Below, in pieces: positions 23,875-36,200 of a stretch of DNA of 64,000 nucleotides. The DNA is from Macrostomum lignano. Its lineage: Eukaryota. The position numbers were made by a program, and so were the translations under genes. The notes under the pieces were generated by a model, which did not search any database, was not told the origin of the DNA, and was given only the letters and a program-made list of their open reading frames with translations. The stretch's first letter is position 1. Each line of letters begins with the position of its first letter. The DNA is taken from contig NIVC01000555.1 in the NCBI GenBank assembly GCA_002269645.1, forward strand, positions 56,556 to 120,555, in the 5' to 3' direction.

Positions 23875-26183
23875 ATGGCATCCGAGGTGGACACTCCAGC
23901 TCAGCTGGTAGCCGCTGCTGAGTCTGATGCTAGCCGGATTAGCTTGCAGCTTTTCAAAAAGCTCTTTGATGCCTACGGACTGGTGGAACAAGAGACCCAG
24001 CTGTGTGAGTCTATCGCCTATGTTCTGTCTAGATCTCCCGGTTTAAACGCTTCAGAACTACACCAAGCGAATGACGAGTGGGCTAACGTACGACACTGGT
24101 CCAAAAAGATCGAGGAATTTGCTATTCCTCTGAGATCGATGAATTTAGTCGACAGTATTCTGGTACTGCCGTCAGAACAAAGGATGTTTTAGAATCGATG
24201 CATTCGATGAGCTGCATAGTCAGCTTGACCTGGCTATTGAAGCACTCCACACGTTCAGATTGTCCCTGGGAAAATTAAATGCTATTCAGATACATCTGCT
24301 GGACAAATGCATCACAATTCGAACTCGGCTTCAATCACATCCCGATACATTGGCAGACCAGAATGAACATTTTTCTGTTACAAGTTTGCACAATCATCTT
24401 GACCGCATCAGAAACAGCAGTGCCGTTTTGATTATTGCGCAAGATTAGATGGATTCAGATGCTGAACGATGCTGATGGCGTGGTGACGCGCTTGATGGTA
24501 GCCGGAAGTTTGGAGCACCACTCATCTGAACTAGGCAATGTCATCACCAACATTAAACTGCACGTGTCGGAGGCACTCACTTTGGAGAAGAACGAGACTC
24601 AGCAGTGTCGCGAAGTGGCCCAACATCTGGTGGAATCCAGCCGCCTAGAAACCTCGGACGCTAGAGCCGTACAGCGCGCAGAGAATTATATAGCAGCTTC
24701 TTCAGCGAATCTTCATTCGACTGCAACGAGGCTGCTTCTAACCCAGGGACGGTAAGGCATCATTGCAATACATGTAGCTCACAGTATTGGCGTTAGTAAA
24801 GTCTTGCGATGTATCCAATGCGTCTACTTTTATAGGTGGTTGCCTCCGATCACAGATTTGCTGATGACTATTTCTTATCCTACTCACAATACTTTGCGCT
24901 CTACATCTCATCCGACATTCATACCTATTCGAATACTCGGTTGTAGCTCGTACCGCAGACTATGCACAGAATGTTCAATAATGGTTCCTACTAAAAAGGG
25001 AATTAAAATTTGCACAGCCTACTTATGTTGGGAACTTTAGCAGTAGTAAGAATTAAATTTTTACAAACTTCTGAAAACTCTTGATTCTCTTTTTTATAAG
25101 ATAGACAGTCAGAGTGGCCAATCGATGAAAAAGACTATAGCATTTCATGGAGCTCTTCACTGTAAAAATCAATTTACCGAAACTAAACAAAGTTGAATTA
25201 AAATAAAGGAAATGGTAGCTTATTGGATTCTACGTAAATAGCATTCCAGCCGTCTGGAACTGACAAACCAGCAATACAATAGCGTATATTGCAAAGAAAT
25301 TTCAAAGTGCCCTTCAGCCTACTTAATTTTTCTTCACAATGAGAGTAGCCAGTGTAGTGTATAATGTACTTCTTGTGCAAGAAAATTTTCTCAAAATGAA
25401 TGATTAAGCATTCTTTGTAGGAGCGTATATTGTGTGCTCTTGAACAGTAACTTACTGTAACCTAACTATGTAACTATCTAACTTACGTAACTACATGCAC
25501 TGTATATCAACACATCATCGGCAAATGTGTATTCAAAATAAAGTTAAAGACTATTATTACTTTGGGCCATTGTTCCATGTTGCTATCTAGCTCGTATAAA
25601 CAGCTCCCCCCAAGTACGCTCGTAGTCATTTCATGTACTCGTAGCTGACTCGCGCGTGCGAGTATTTCGGTGCTATTTTAACTCAACTGTGTCATAAGTG
25701 TCATTCGTGAGGGCAGTCTAGTATCACACCTGTCGGTTACCTGACGGTGCCACACCTGCCTATTGTGTAATACGCGCTTGATTGCTAGTAGCTGTGATTT
25801 TAAAGCTCACTTTGCGAAAAAAATATTATTTCAGCCGAGTAGAAGAACTGAAAAGCAATCTAGACAGCTTCATCAGCTGCCTGAGAACTTACAATGTCCA
25901 TCTGCCGAATGTGCATGGCAAACTAGCGGAGACATTGGAGAAGTACTCTGACCAGCTGTCTGACAGAACGGGAGCTACCGTGTCTCATGCAGCCACACAG
26001 ATCGTAGATCACCGGAATCATTCCTGGCCAACTGCCAGCTCAGTTGAAGATATCAAAAACCAACTGAAAGGAAACGGTAGCACCTATCTTGAACTGGACA
26101 AACATGCTGAAGAGCTGGAGAAAGAACGGAATAAGTTGGATGCCTGCTTCTCAGTCCTGGAAGTTCAGTATAACACGGCGTAG
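23875..26183 (+). CDS. Two-exon gene for an unrecognised helical protein; two frameshifts in exon 1 (pseudogene or assembly error)
   Basis: ORF pieces 23875-24192, about 24165-24448 and 24435-24751 chain together. Donor cg|gtaag after 24751 and acceptor tttcag|c at 25835 are phase-compatible (R-R-VEELKSNLD); stop at 26183. Confidence 0.55.
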
Positions 26184-26453
26184 TGACGTATTGCGTCTGA
26201 CTTGGATGAACACAATTTGACCATCATAACTAACTCTTAATTTGTCTGCAATACTGATTACTATTGATTGGCGAGCGTGAAAATTTATTTCTGCATAGAT
26301 CGCCCTAACTCAAACCTCCATAACTCTGCTCCAAAATCCCTGACCAGGTATACCATCTGTAACATCCTGACATCAGTTGAACACCCTATCACACTTTAAA
26401 CCGTTAAACTACACCCAAAATATATATAGCATGCATAGAAACGCTCTTGGAAC

Positions 26454-27010
26454 CACTCTAGTACTCATGAAAACACTCTAGGAGTGCTAATGGAAACACT
26501 CTAGTACTCATGAAAACATTTTAGAATCCTTGGAAACACTCTAGTACTCATGGAAACACTTAAGTACTCATGAAAACACTCTAGTACTCATGGAAACACT
26601 CTAGTACTCATGGAAACACTCTAGTATTCATGGAAACACTCTAGTACTCATGGAAACACTCTAGTACTCATGGAAACACTCTAGTACTCATGGAAACACT
26701 CTAGTACTCATGGAAACACTCTAGTACTCATGGAAACACTCTAGTACTCATGGAAACACTCTAGTACTCATGGAAACACTCTAGTACTCATGGAAACACT
26801 CTAGTACTCATGGAAACACTCTAGTACTCATGGAAACACTCTAGTACTCATGGAAACACTCTATAGTACTCATGGAAACACTCTAGTACTCATGGAAACA
26901 CTCTAGTACTCATGGAAACACTCTAGTACTCATGGAAACACTCTAGTACTCATGGAAACACTCTAGTACTCATGGAAACACTCTAGTACTCATGGAAACA
27001 CTCTAGTACT
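26454..27010. repeat. 20-bp tandem repeat (TGGAAACACTCTAGTACTCA)n
   Basis: Over 20 near-perfect adjacent units, no spacers. Confidence 0.95.
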
Positions 27011-27904
27011 CTAACACTTCAGCTAACCTGGAACCATTCTAACTTTCTTAGAACCACCTTACCCACCTGGCTCGTAGAACTAATTCTAGCACGTTCAGAA
27101 GAAAGTGTACCCAGTGAATCCCTAATATCTATAACCATTTATGTAATTTTTACTTTCCTTTGCTTTTTTTACTTTTTACTTTGGGCAGCGGCAGCAAGTT
27201 TACGGTCTGTTTTTTAAGTGCGTCTCTACCACGAAATTTGAGCGTTAGTTCTAATTTTATGAAATTACTGGTTTACTTTTACATGCATGCTTATTCAAAC
27301 CACTATTACTCGTACTCGAGTGCTTCCAACAACCAAGTTGGTGAAAACTTTTCTATAATAAACAAGTGTTATCGAAACAAATCTCGGTAAACAACTCTAA
27401 GTCAACAACTTTTTTTGCCAAAATTTTACTTCCAAAGCTCTACGTTCTACTATAAGTAGCGTTTTGGTAGTTCTGTCTTTCAATTAATCCTTGAAAAAAG
27501 TAAGCAAAAATTCTAAAGAATTATTTTATGAATGAAATTTTATGATGAACAATATCAACAATAAAACGCATTGAAATAAATTTTATTTATAAAATTTTAT
27601 TACACACAAACAGGTATACAAATTTATCTCCAAGCAATTCAATTAAATACATCTCATATCTGTACAAGAACAACAGGAACAGCATGAATAATGAAGAAGA
27701 AAATTTGAGCTTGAGAGCAGACAGAGGATATTCGAAATTGCAGATGGCGCAAGCAAGAAACAATTTACACAAGACACTTGCTGCTTCTACAAGACACTTC
27801 TCCATCTAGTCAATGCTAGATCTGCAGATGTTTTCGGCTCTCATGTGTAAAAAGAATATGAATATTAAAATATTAAGCCAATATTCGTTAGTTATTAAAA
27901 CTTC

Positions 27905-29326
27905 TCAATTGAGTTCGGCCACTTTCGGACAGCCCAATCGGACGGCCTTCACCGGACCGGAGGCTCGCACTGTTCTCCTCGATGGTTGCTGCCACAACGA
28001 GGCTGTCGATGCCGAAGCGGACAGCGACATCGTGGCTGCCGAAGATAGCAGCGGCACCATCGCTGGAGGCGGCGGCGGCGGCGGCGGCGGCGTCGGTGTC
28101 GGCAGCGGTCGCCTCGGCCGCCGAAAGTCCGGATGCGGCGAGCTGGCGAAGCTGCTCCGACGTCGGGCGCATTTCGAACGGACGCCGTCGAGAACTGTCG
28201 ATTGAACGCCGCCGCCGCCGGCGCTGAGTCGGTGATGACGACGACGTCGAAGACAAGCGGCCGCGACTTCGGCGACGACTGCCGAGCTGACTGCATCCTC
28301 AGCGGGACTGCATCCTCCTGACGGGCTGCGGCTGCGACCGCGGCTGCGACTGCGGCTGAGGCGGGAGACGACGCGACTGACCGCAGCTCGGAAGCCGCCG
28401 CTGCCGGTACTTCGCCTTCGGTGCTGCAGAGGCTGCAAGGATTTGATCGGCGTTGGATCAGGGACTGGACTGTCATCGTCGACGGCGGCAGCTGCATCAG
28501 GGATGTCTGGGGCGGAGCGGATGAGAAGGGCGACGCCGCGGTTGAGACGAGCGGCGGTCTCGGCAGAGTCGGCAGTCGCTGCGCCGTACAGGCAGGGCCC
28601 GAGGCAGGTGGCCAGACTGGCCGAGTCCATCCGGTTGCCATGGAAACCAGCAGCGGCCAGCCGGTGCAGCAGCAGGCACAGCAGGCGCAGCGCTCTGGCC
28701 CGGCAGCCGCCGTCGCCGCCGAGATTCGCCGCCGCCACCGCCCTGAGGGCCGACAGTCGCTGCTGAACGTCGCCGTCGCAGTCTTCGCGAGCCGAGTTCA
28801 CAGCGCCGGCCAAAGCCTCAGCGGTTGCAGCCGGCAGCAGCGGCCGCGGCAGCTGCCTTAACCAGGCCTTCAACGTGGAACAAACGTCCTGCGGCGGCGT
28901 GTCAGCCGGGATGTCGCAGCTCCGGTCGGCGTCCAGCCTGGCACGCAGCAGCAGCAGCCGCGGCCGGGCGCCCTCCACCCGGAACAGGCCCTCGGCTGAC
29001 TGCGCCGCCTCCGAGGACAGGAAGCGGCAGCTGGCGGCCAGCAGGCTTGGCACCGGGCCCACTCCGGCCACGACTGTCTGCGGCTGGTCACGCAGCGCCC
29101 TGCCGAAATGGAAGCCGCTACTATTGCTGCAACTACCGCCGCCATCGGATGACGAGACTTCGCAGCCGCCGCTACTTCTTCGCTGAAGGCGCCTTGGAAA
29201 CAATAGAGCAGTCAGCTTGCTGGCAGATGAAAAATTGCTGCTATTGCTACTAGAAGCAATGCTTCTAACGGAGCTTGGCGAGACGCGAATGCCAAGCGGA
29301 CGATCTCCAGCAATGCGGCTGCACAT
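27905..29326 (-). CDS. RhoGAP-domain protein (473 aa, intronless, GC-rich; ARHGAP11-like motifs)
   Basis: EGLFRVEG (arginine finger), DVCSTLKAWLRQLPRPLL, NRMDSASLATCLGP; low-complexity Ser/Arg/Pro C-terminus. Confidence 0.88.
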   Translation of the reverse strand: MCSRIAGDRPLGIRVSPSSVRSIASSSNSSNFSSASKLTALLFPRRLQRRSSGGCEVSSSDGGGSCSNSSGFHFGRALRDQPQTVVAGVGPVPSLLAASCRFLSSEAAQSAEGLFRVEGARPRLLLLRARLDADRSCDIPADTPPQDVCSTLKAWLRQLPRPLLPAATAEALAGAVNSAREDCDGDVQQRLSALRAVAAANLGGDGGCRARALRLLCLLLHRLAAAGFHGNRMDSASLATCLGPCLYGAATADSAETAARLNRGVALLIRSAPDIPDAAAAVDDDSPVPDPTPIKSLQPLQHRRRSTGSGGFRAAVSRVVSRLSRSRSRGRSRSPSGGCSPAEDAVSSAVVAEVAAACLRRRRHHRLSAGGGGVQSTVLDGVRSKCARRRSSFASSPHPDFRRPRRPLPTPTPPPPPPPPPAMVPLLSSAATMSLSASASTASLWQQPSRRTVRASGPVKAVRLGCPKVAELN

Positions 29327-29984
29327 TGTGTGGGCTTGTTGAACGAATAACCGTCGGATTAAAAATTCTAAGAGCAGAATTAAAAGCTTCTATAATAATA
29401 TGTAGTAGTTTATAAGACTGCTGTTTGACTTTATCAGTGGGGGGTCAGTTGTCAGTCAGTTGGTCGCGTGCGGGCCTGGTTTTAAGCCCTGGTGGAACTG
29501 GCAAACCACCCCCCAGGCCCCGCCGGCCCAATGAAAATCACCCCTTCGCACAAACCCCCTCCAGGAGGACTTTTCTCGCATCGGACCCCCGTCGTGCCCA
29601 CACTGGCACACCCACCACCCCAAAAAACGGTCAGCTTGTTCAACCAACGCCTCCACCCTCAGCCAGCCAATCAGAGCCGGGGGTGGGGCACGATAATGTT
29701 TTCACATCAGGGTGAAAACGGTTGTTAAATAATGCTGGCACTACTCCTATATTCTAAGCTAAGGTTAAGTGTTCATCAATGAGATGCAATGGATGGTTGA
29801 TAGATAGATCGTTGAAAAGTTTTTGACCCGATAATACCCTTAGCGAATCCCTGCAGATTCCCAGATATTGGATTTTGATTTTTGATACCCAAACTATTCC
29901 TGATTAGAGAAGATCCCAATCCCCTACCAATCCCTGAACATCTTCAGATGAATATCAAACGAATCTCCCACGATCCTCAGATAT

Positions 29985-30300
29985 GCCATAGCAAACCCTG
30001 AAGATCCCTGATGTCCCATAGCAATCCCTGACGATCCCAGTTATCCCATAGCAATCCCTGATGATCCCAGTTATCCCATAGCAATCCCTGACGATCCCAG
30101 TTATCCCATAGCAATCCCTGATGATCCCAGATATCCCATAGCAATTCCTGACGCTCCAAGATATCCCATAGCAATCCCCGAGGATCTCAAAAATCTCATA
30201 GCAATCCCAGATATACCATAGTTATCCCTGACGATCCCAGATATCCCATAGCAATCCCTGAGGATCTCAAAAATCTCATAGCAATCCCAGATATACCATA
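29985..30300. repeat. 30-bp tandem repeat (ATCCCATAGCAATCCCTGACGATCCCAGTT)n, degenerating
   Basis: Direct reading. Confidence 0.9.
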
Positions 30301-31176
30301 TAGTTCTGATATATCCTTAAACCTTTGATATTGATCTGAGCCTCTTTCTGACAACCTAGCTTTTTACCCTTTCGGAGGTTAAAGTGATGCGCCTTGCACC
30401 TCGCAGCTGTCTTCCCCGTAGATAAGGATCAAGACTCCTACAAAACACCTGCTCGTGCTCAGCTTATAACGTGCGTATAGGCATTGATAAAAAAAACTGG
30501 AAATTTCGACAGGCACCATCCTAGCTGCATGCAGGTATATTATTTAAACTCAATTTTGTGACTCTAATTCTATAAAGGCGTGACACGCGTGCCGCGCCCA
30601 CACGTCAAGTCTTAATTGAATGCCTCTCAGACATGCAGGTTGATTCTTGGAAAATCCTTAGGCTTCCAACCCCCCGTATTAGCTCAATTTGTCTTGTCGC
30701 TTCCTTCGATCGAAGTCGCTTCCTTTGAAGACAAAAGCATGCAGGTTAAAGTGTTGCCGCATCAATTCTTCTCGGTTCCTTTCAGTCCGCTTTTTCTATT
30801 GCGCACGTGGATGCCTGTAGATCTTCATCGCACACCCTATAAACTGCGGATCCCCTCCACGCATCCCAAGGCTGTTTTATATACGGGCTTTTGTTAAGAC
30901 AAACTCGAAATTCGAATCTTAATTCTCAAATTCTATGCTTCCATATTTTCGGATATATAGGCTCATTAATTACCTTATCGGGTATAAATCAATCAACATG
31001 AGCAAGACTATACCAGCTGTACAAGTCGATCTAATCTCACCTTGATATATGCTGGAGCGAACGTGTTTAAGAGGCTGTTCTTTGCACCGGGAAATATCTG
31101 CGAAATGAAAAACCGTTTTCTTTATTTCCAGGATTCGTCTTTAGGGATTTAATATTGATTTATTCCTCAATACCTG

Positions 31177-32007
31177 TGTCATGAATGTGTTATGACAATG
31201 TGCTCTTTGCTTAGTTGCTGCACCGGGCCAGTGGGCCGTCCTCTCCCCCTCCCCCCTCCTTAGATATTTTCTGACTCACTCACCTGCACTTCTGCGCGTG
31301 CGTACCCCTCCCCTCCCTGCCTAGACCTTTTCTGTTGAGTCAACCCCCCATGCTCTGCGTGCGACCCCCCCCCTGTGCGACCCCGCCCCATTTTTGTTAG
31401 CTTTGCTGCCCCGCCCCTGTTTGTGATTGGCTGCCAGTCCCAGTCTGCCGTGCTGCGCCCCGGCGATTGGCTGGTACAGCTCATGCGTTGCCTTGGCTGA
31501 TGTCTAAGTCCCCTTTTCTGCCTTTATCCCGCGCCCTCGACCCCCAGTTTGCTGCCTATTTTTTCGGCCCCTTGAGACCCCATTCTCGTCGTCTTCGTGG
31601 CTCCTCGGCGATTGTGCCAGTGTTGGTTGCTGAATTGCTATTCCTCGCAGAATTGCTAGACAAATATATAAGTAAAGAATATCGAGATCACCACTGCTCT
31701 GACGGCGCTGTTTCTTGTACGACTGAAATCGCGGCTGGTAAGCCTTCCAATTTGTACGTCATTTGGGTCTGCATCTGTACTAGGCACCTTAGAGGGATTA
31801 AGTGCGTCGTACGCCGGTCCCACCCCAAGCAGCTCTGCGTCGTACGCGAGTCTGTAGGCTGTCGTGCGTCGTACGCTCGAGCAGCCTAGTCCCGACGGAC
31901 ACCGCGTCGTACGCGTGTCAGTGGAGGACCGCAGCCAGGGTCAGTACACGAACCCGGGTCTGGGAAAGGGGCACGAAAGGACCGAGCCCTTGAGCCTCAT
32001 CATCACA
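31177..32007 (+). repeat. 5' LTR of gypsy element 2
   Basis: Differs from the 3' LTR by one substitution and three C-run lengths (by eye, not exhaustive). Confidence 0.97.
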
Positions 32008-32115
32008 AATTGGCATCCTTGGTGGGACCCTGCGCTGTGGAAGACTAAGTAAGGAAGAAAGCTCGAGGCGCGGAATATTGTGAGAAATTAAGGTTGGAAA
32101 CTGTGACGCCGTGGT

Positions 32116-33195
32116 ATGGATGCTGGAGGTGCTGCTGGAGGTGCTGCTGGAGGTGCGGCTGGAGGTGCGGCTGGAGGTGCTGCTGGAGGTGCGGCTGGAG
32201 GTGCGGCTGGAGGTGCTGCTGGAGCCTTTGGTGTTAATGATCTGGTCGCCGCCTTGACTGCCCAGATTCAGCAGAACATGCAGCAAGCGGGTGCCCTCAG
32301 GATTCAGAGGCCGGTGAAGTATGCTCCAGGAATGAATTTCGTGAAGTGGTTGAGGCTCTTCGTAGCTTATTGCGATGCCATGCAGATTCCGATGCAGAAT
32401 CGGCGCGCTCAGTTGCTCAGCAATCTAGACTTCAGCACATTCCAAGTTGTCGACAACATGAACCTTGGGGACGACTTGCAGTTCGAAGAATTTACCCAGG
32501 CCTTGAGGGATAGGTTCACTATGCACCGTACCGTCGTCGACTACCGCACAGAACTGAGCAATAGAGAGCAGAGCGAGAAGGAGTCGGTAGAAGATTTCTC
32601 TGAAGCTGTGATTGAGTTGGTCGCAAACGCCTTTCCTGATGCGCCTGCCGATGTGCGCGATGATCTTGCGAAAGAGCGATTTATGCGAGGCGTCCGTGCG
32701 GGGGTGGCTGTGCGGGAGCGATTGTACATGAGCCAGCCGGAGACCTTAGCAGACGCGATGCGTCTAGTGCATCAGCTGGAAGCGGCGGTTAGGGCAAGTC
32801 ACGGTCCACCAGGTCAGGGATCAAAAAGAGCTACCGTCTGTGCTGTCACAGCTGAGACTAGAAATGAGGCTTCCGAAAGCAGTGAGGTCGAGATGCTTCG
32901 AAAACAGCTTGCGGCCATGGAGATGCGAATGAAAGAGATGGAGGAGCGGAGGTCTGGAGAAGCGGAAGAGCCGACCCCGGCGAGTCGGAAGGCTGTGCAG
33001 TGTTTTTCGTGTCGAGAGTGGGGCCATATCTCATCAAAGTGTCCCAAGAAAACCAGCCAGACAAGTGGAAACGGGAAATCGCCAGTACGATGTCACAAGT
33101 GCAACGGTGAAGGCCACCTATCCTTCAAGTGTCCGAAGTCGGGAAACGGGCCGAGGGGACCGACCGGGGAGAGTCGGGACCCTGCCAGGAAGTGA
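32116..33195 (+). CDS. Gag (359 aa)
   Basis: N-terminal (GGAA)n repeat; capsid-like QSEKESVEDF region; two CCHC knuckles CFSCREWGHISSKC and CHKCNGEGHLSFKC. Confidence 0.93.
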   Translation: MDAGGAAGGAAGGAAGGAAGGAAGGAAGGAAGGAAGAFGVNDLVAALTAQIQQNMQQAGALRIQRPVKYAPGMNFVKWLRLFVAYCDAMQIPMQNRRAQLLSNLDFSTFQVVDNMNLGDDLQFEEFTQALRDRFTMHRTVVDYRTELSNREQSEKESVEDFSEAVIELVANAFPDAPADVRDDLAKERFMRGVRAGVAVRERLYMSQPETLADAMRLVHQLEAAVRASHGPPGQGSKRATVCAVTAETRNEASESSEVEMLRKQLAAMEMRMKEMEERRSGEAEEPTPASRKAVQCFSCREWGHISSKCPKKTSQTSGNGKSPVRCHKCNGEGHLSFKCPKSGNGPRGPTGESRDPARK

Positions 33196-33203
33196 AGTCT
33201 CCC
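33141..33203 (+). other. Candidate -1 ribosomal frameshift signal (G GGA AAC plus stem-loop/pseudoknot)
   Basis: The heptamer is in the gag frame as X XXY YYZ and the protease ORF is in the -1 frame. Stem ccgac/gtcgg with flanking aggg/ccct; loop gggaga is complementary to tctccc at 33198-33203. Confidence 0.7.
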
Positions 33204-36200
33204 AGGGGCGAGGAACCGGTGTTGCTCACTAACTCTGTAAATAAATCCAAGTGCGTCTCTGGTGATGGGAATTCAAAGAGCAACCTGGTTCATGAGGCGT
33301 GTTCGTCGGTATCAACGGAGCCTCTGACAGTTTTTATTTCCGGTGCGGTTTCCGGCAAGCCAGTGGCTCTGCTGTTAGACAGTGGTGCGAGTGTGTCAGT
33401 GCTGAGCTGTGATGTTTTCCTGAGGCTGCCGCAAGAGGTGAGGGAGAGACTGACTGCAATGGACGGTTCCCTTTCAACGGCCAATGGAGGTGCGATGAGG
33501 ATGAGAGGCTGCATTGTGCTGGACGTGGAGATTGGCGGCGAGCGGTGGTCAGCGAATTTCTTCGTAGTGGACGGATTGCGTTATGATGTCATTCTCGGGT
33601 CCGAATTTTTCAAACAGCATCGTTGCGTCATCAACTATTCGAGTTTGTCTTTCGAGTGGGCGATGTTAGAGTTCCGATACGGCAGAAAGGCGAGCTGCCC
33701 GTGGTGTGTCGAATCAAAGCCGAGACAACGGTATTTCTGGAACCGGCGCAAGAAGTGGTCATGCCAGCCAGGGTAGAGAAAAAGGGCGCAAGAAACTGCG
33801 GATCGGTCGGCATAACGGAAGAAAAGCCGGTGAAGGCCGCTGAGAAGGATTTGGCGATGGCTCGAGCTCTGGTAGCGCCCGGTGTGGATGGACGGCTGCC
33901 GATGAGATTGCTGAATACGTCCAGTTGTAGGAAGAGGGTCAAGAAAGGAGAGACGATTGGCTGGTTTATTCCTTTGGAACCGAACGGAGGTATCAACGTG
34001 GTGCGCTTGGACGACGACGTAGAGGCCAAGAATGAAGCGGAGGCATGGGACCCGATCGAAGAATTCCGCGAGTGGGGTTCATGTGGCCTGTCGGAGGAGG
34101 AGGAAGCCGACTTCAGGGAGCTGATTTCCCAACATCGGGCTGTCTTTGCTAAGGACTCCAAGGATCTCGGCTGTACGACGGTGATGAAGCACGAGATCGA
34201 CACTGGAGATGCCAGGCCTGTGAAAGAAGCGGCGAGGCGGATTCCCCCGTACCTGCGGCAGGAAGTGGACAAGGAGTTGGATGACTTGCTGGAAGCTGGG
34301 AGAATCAGCGAGGTTCAGTCCCCATGGTGCTCTCCGGTGGTGTGCGTGAAAAAGAAGGACGGTTCCCTGAGGTTCTGTTGTGACTACCGGAAACTGAATG
34401 AAGTGACCAAGAAGGATGCAGTGCCGTTGCCCAGGACAGATGACCTGTTGGAGAGCCTAGGCGGTGCCAAGATTTTTTCGACCATGGACATGCAGTCGGG
34501 ATACTGGCAGATGGCGGTGGAACCCAGCGACAGACTGAAGACGGCCTTTGGCGTTTCACACCGGGTACAGCAGTACGCCTGGAACGTTATGCCATTTGGA
34601 TTGACAAATGCACCGGCTTCATTCAGCCGGCTAATGAATGTGGTGTTGGGGAAGTTGTGCTGGAAGACGTGTTTGGTGTATCTGGACGACCTGCTAGTGT
34701 GGTCACGAACGGTAGAAGAGCACCTGGAACGGTTGCAAACGGTTTTTCGACGGTTGCGAGCAGCGAACATCAAACTGAAGCCGAAGAAGTGCGCATTCCT
34801 GCTGAAGTCAGTGACCTTCCTGGGACACGTAGTGTCAGCTGATGGGATCGCCACGAGTCCAGAAAAGATTGCCGAAATTCGTGACTGGCCAACTCCGAGA
34901 ATGTGAAGGAAGTAAGGTCATTCCTGGGACTGTGCGGGTATTACCGGCAATTCATCGCAGATTTTTCCCGCATTGCTGAGCCGATGCTGCGACGGACCCG
35001 ACATGATTGCCCGTGGAGCTGGGATGAGGAGTGTCAAGCCGCATTCGAGGCCCTGAAGGAAAGGTTGCAGGGATCTGAGGTCATGGCGTTTCCAAACTTT
35101 GCGGAGGACGCTGGAGAATTCGTTTTAGACACAGACGGTAGCACAAAAGAAGGAATTGGCGCTGTGCTTTCGCAGGTGCAGAAAGATGGGAGTGAGAAGG
35201 TAATAGCTTACGGAAGCAGGACGTTGTCGCGAGAAGAACGGAATTACTGCACGACACGAGTCGAGTTGCTGGCCGTGGTGTTTTTCGTACAGAAGTTTCG
35301 TTATTACCTGATGGGGCGAGAGTTTCTAGTGCGCACCGATCACAGCAGCTTGAAGTGGCTGCATTCGCTGCGGGACGTAGAAGGACAACTGGCCAGATGG
35401 CTGGAACTCTTGGCTCCGTACAGGTATCGCATCGAACATCGTCCGGGAGTGAAACATCAACACGCGGACGCTCTCTCCAGGAAGCCACGTCGGCGCCATC
35501 AAGGAAGCGAGAGTTGTCCTGGATGTGCACAAGAGCAGATCGGCGTGAACGCGTTGGGATTGCAGAAGTGGACCTCGGAGGAGATCAGAGAGAGCCAGAA
35601 GATGGACAGCGACATTCGTCAGGCGATGGAGCTGCTGGCACACGGCGACGGAGAGATAACCGAAGAGCATTTGCGGCATATCACCGACGGCAAGGAGGAT
35701 TGTCGAAAGACGTCGTGACCTTGAGGTGTCGGACAGTGAGGTGTTGCTGTGTCATACGGCCAGTAGACGTCAGCCGCAAGTGGTGTTGCCACGGAATATG
35801 CTGAGAGCGGTGCTGGAAGAAGCTCATGGTGGACGGAGTGGAGGGCACGTTGGGATTTTCAAGACCAAGGAGAAGGTGCGGCAATCGTTTTGGAGGCCGG
35901 GACTTGGCCGCGAGGTCGAAGAGCACGTAAAAGCCTGTTTGGACTGCACCAAGGCCAAAGCTGGCAAGAAACCAATTGCACCGATGGAGCCGATTCCGAG
36001 TTCAAGCCCATTCGATATCGTGATGACGACGTCATCGGGCCGTGCCACGGAGCAAGAAAGGAAACTTCTACATCCTCACGGTGCAAGATGCGTTCTCAAA
36101 GTGGCCTGACGCTTATGCCATCCGGAACCAGAAGGCGGCAACGATCGCAAGGGTGCTATTCGAACGCTGGATTGCCAATCACGGGTGCCCCCGGGTACTT

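Noticed and set aside
26454-27010. Regular short repeats resembling a CRISPR array
   Set aside because: Units are directly adjacent with no spacers, no cas genes, eukaryotic context.
27813-29253. Many overlapping ORFs around the RhoGAP gene
   Set aside because: Shadow ORFs of GC-rich coding DNA with no domain motifs.
30055-30065. CTGATGA hammerhead-core-like motifs (here, near 23195, 53077 and 59483)
   Set aside because: No matching GAAA and stem architecture seen; the hits lie in repeats, exons or AT-rich spacer.
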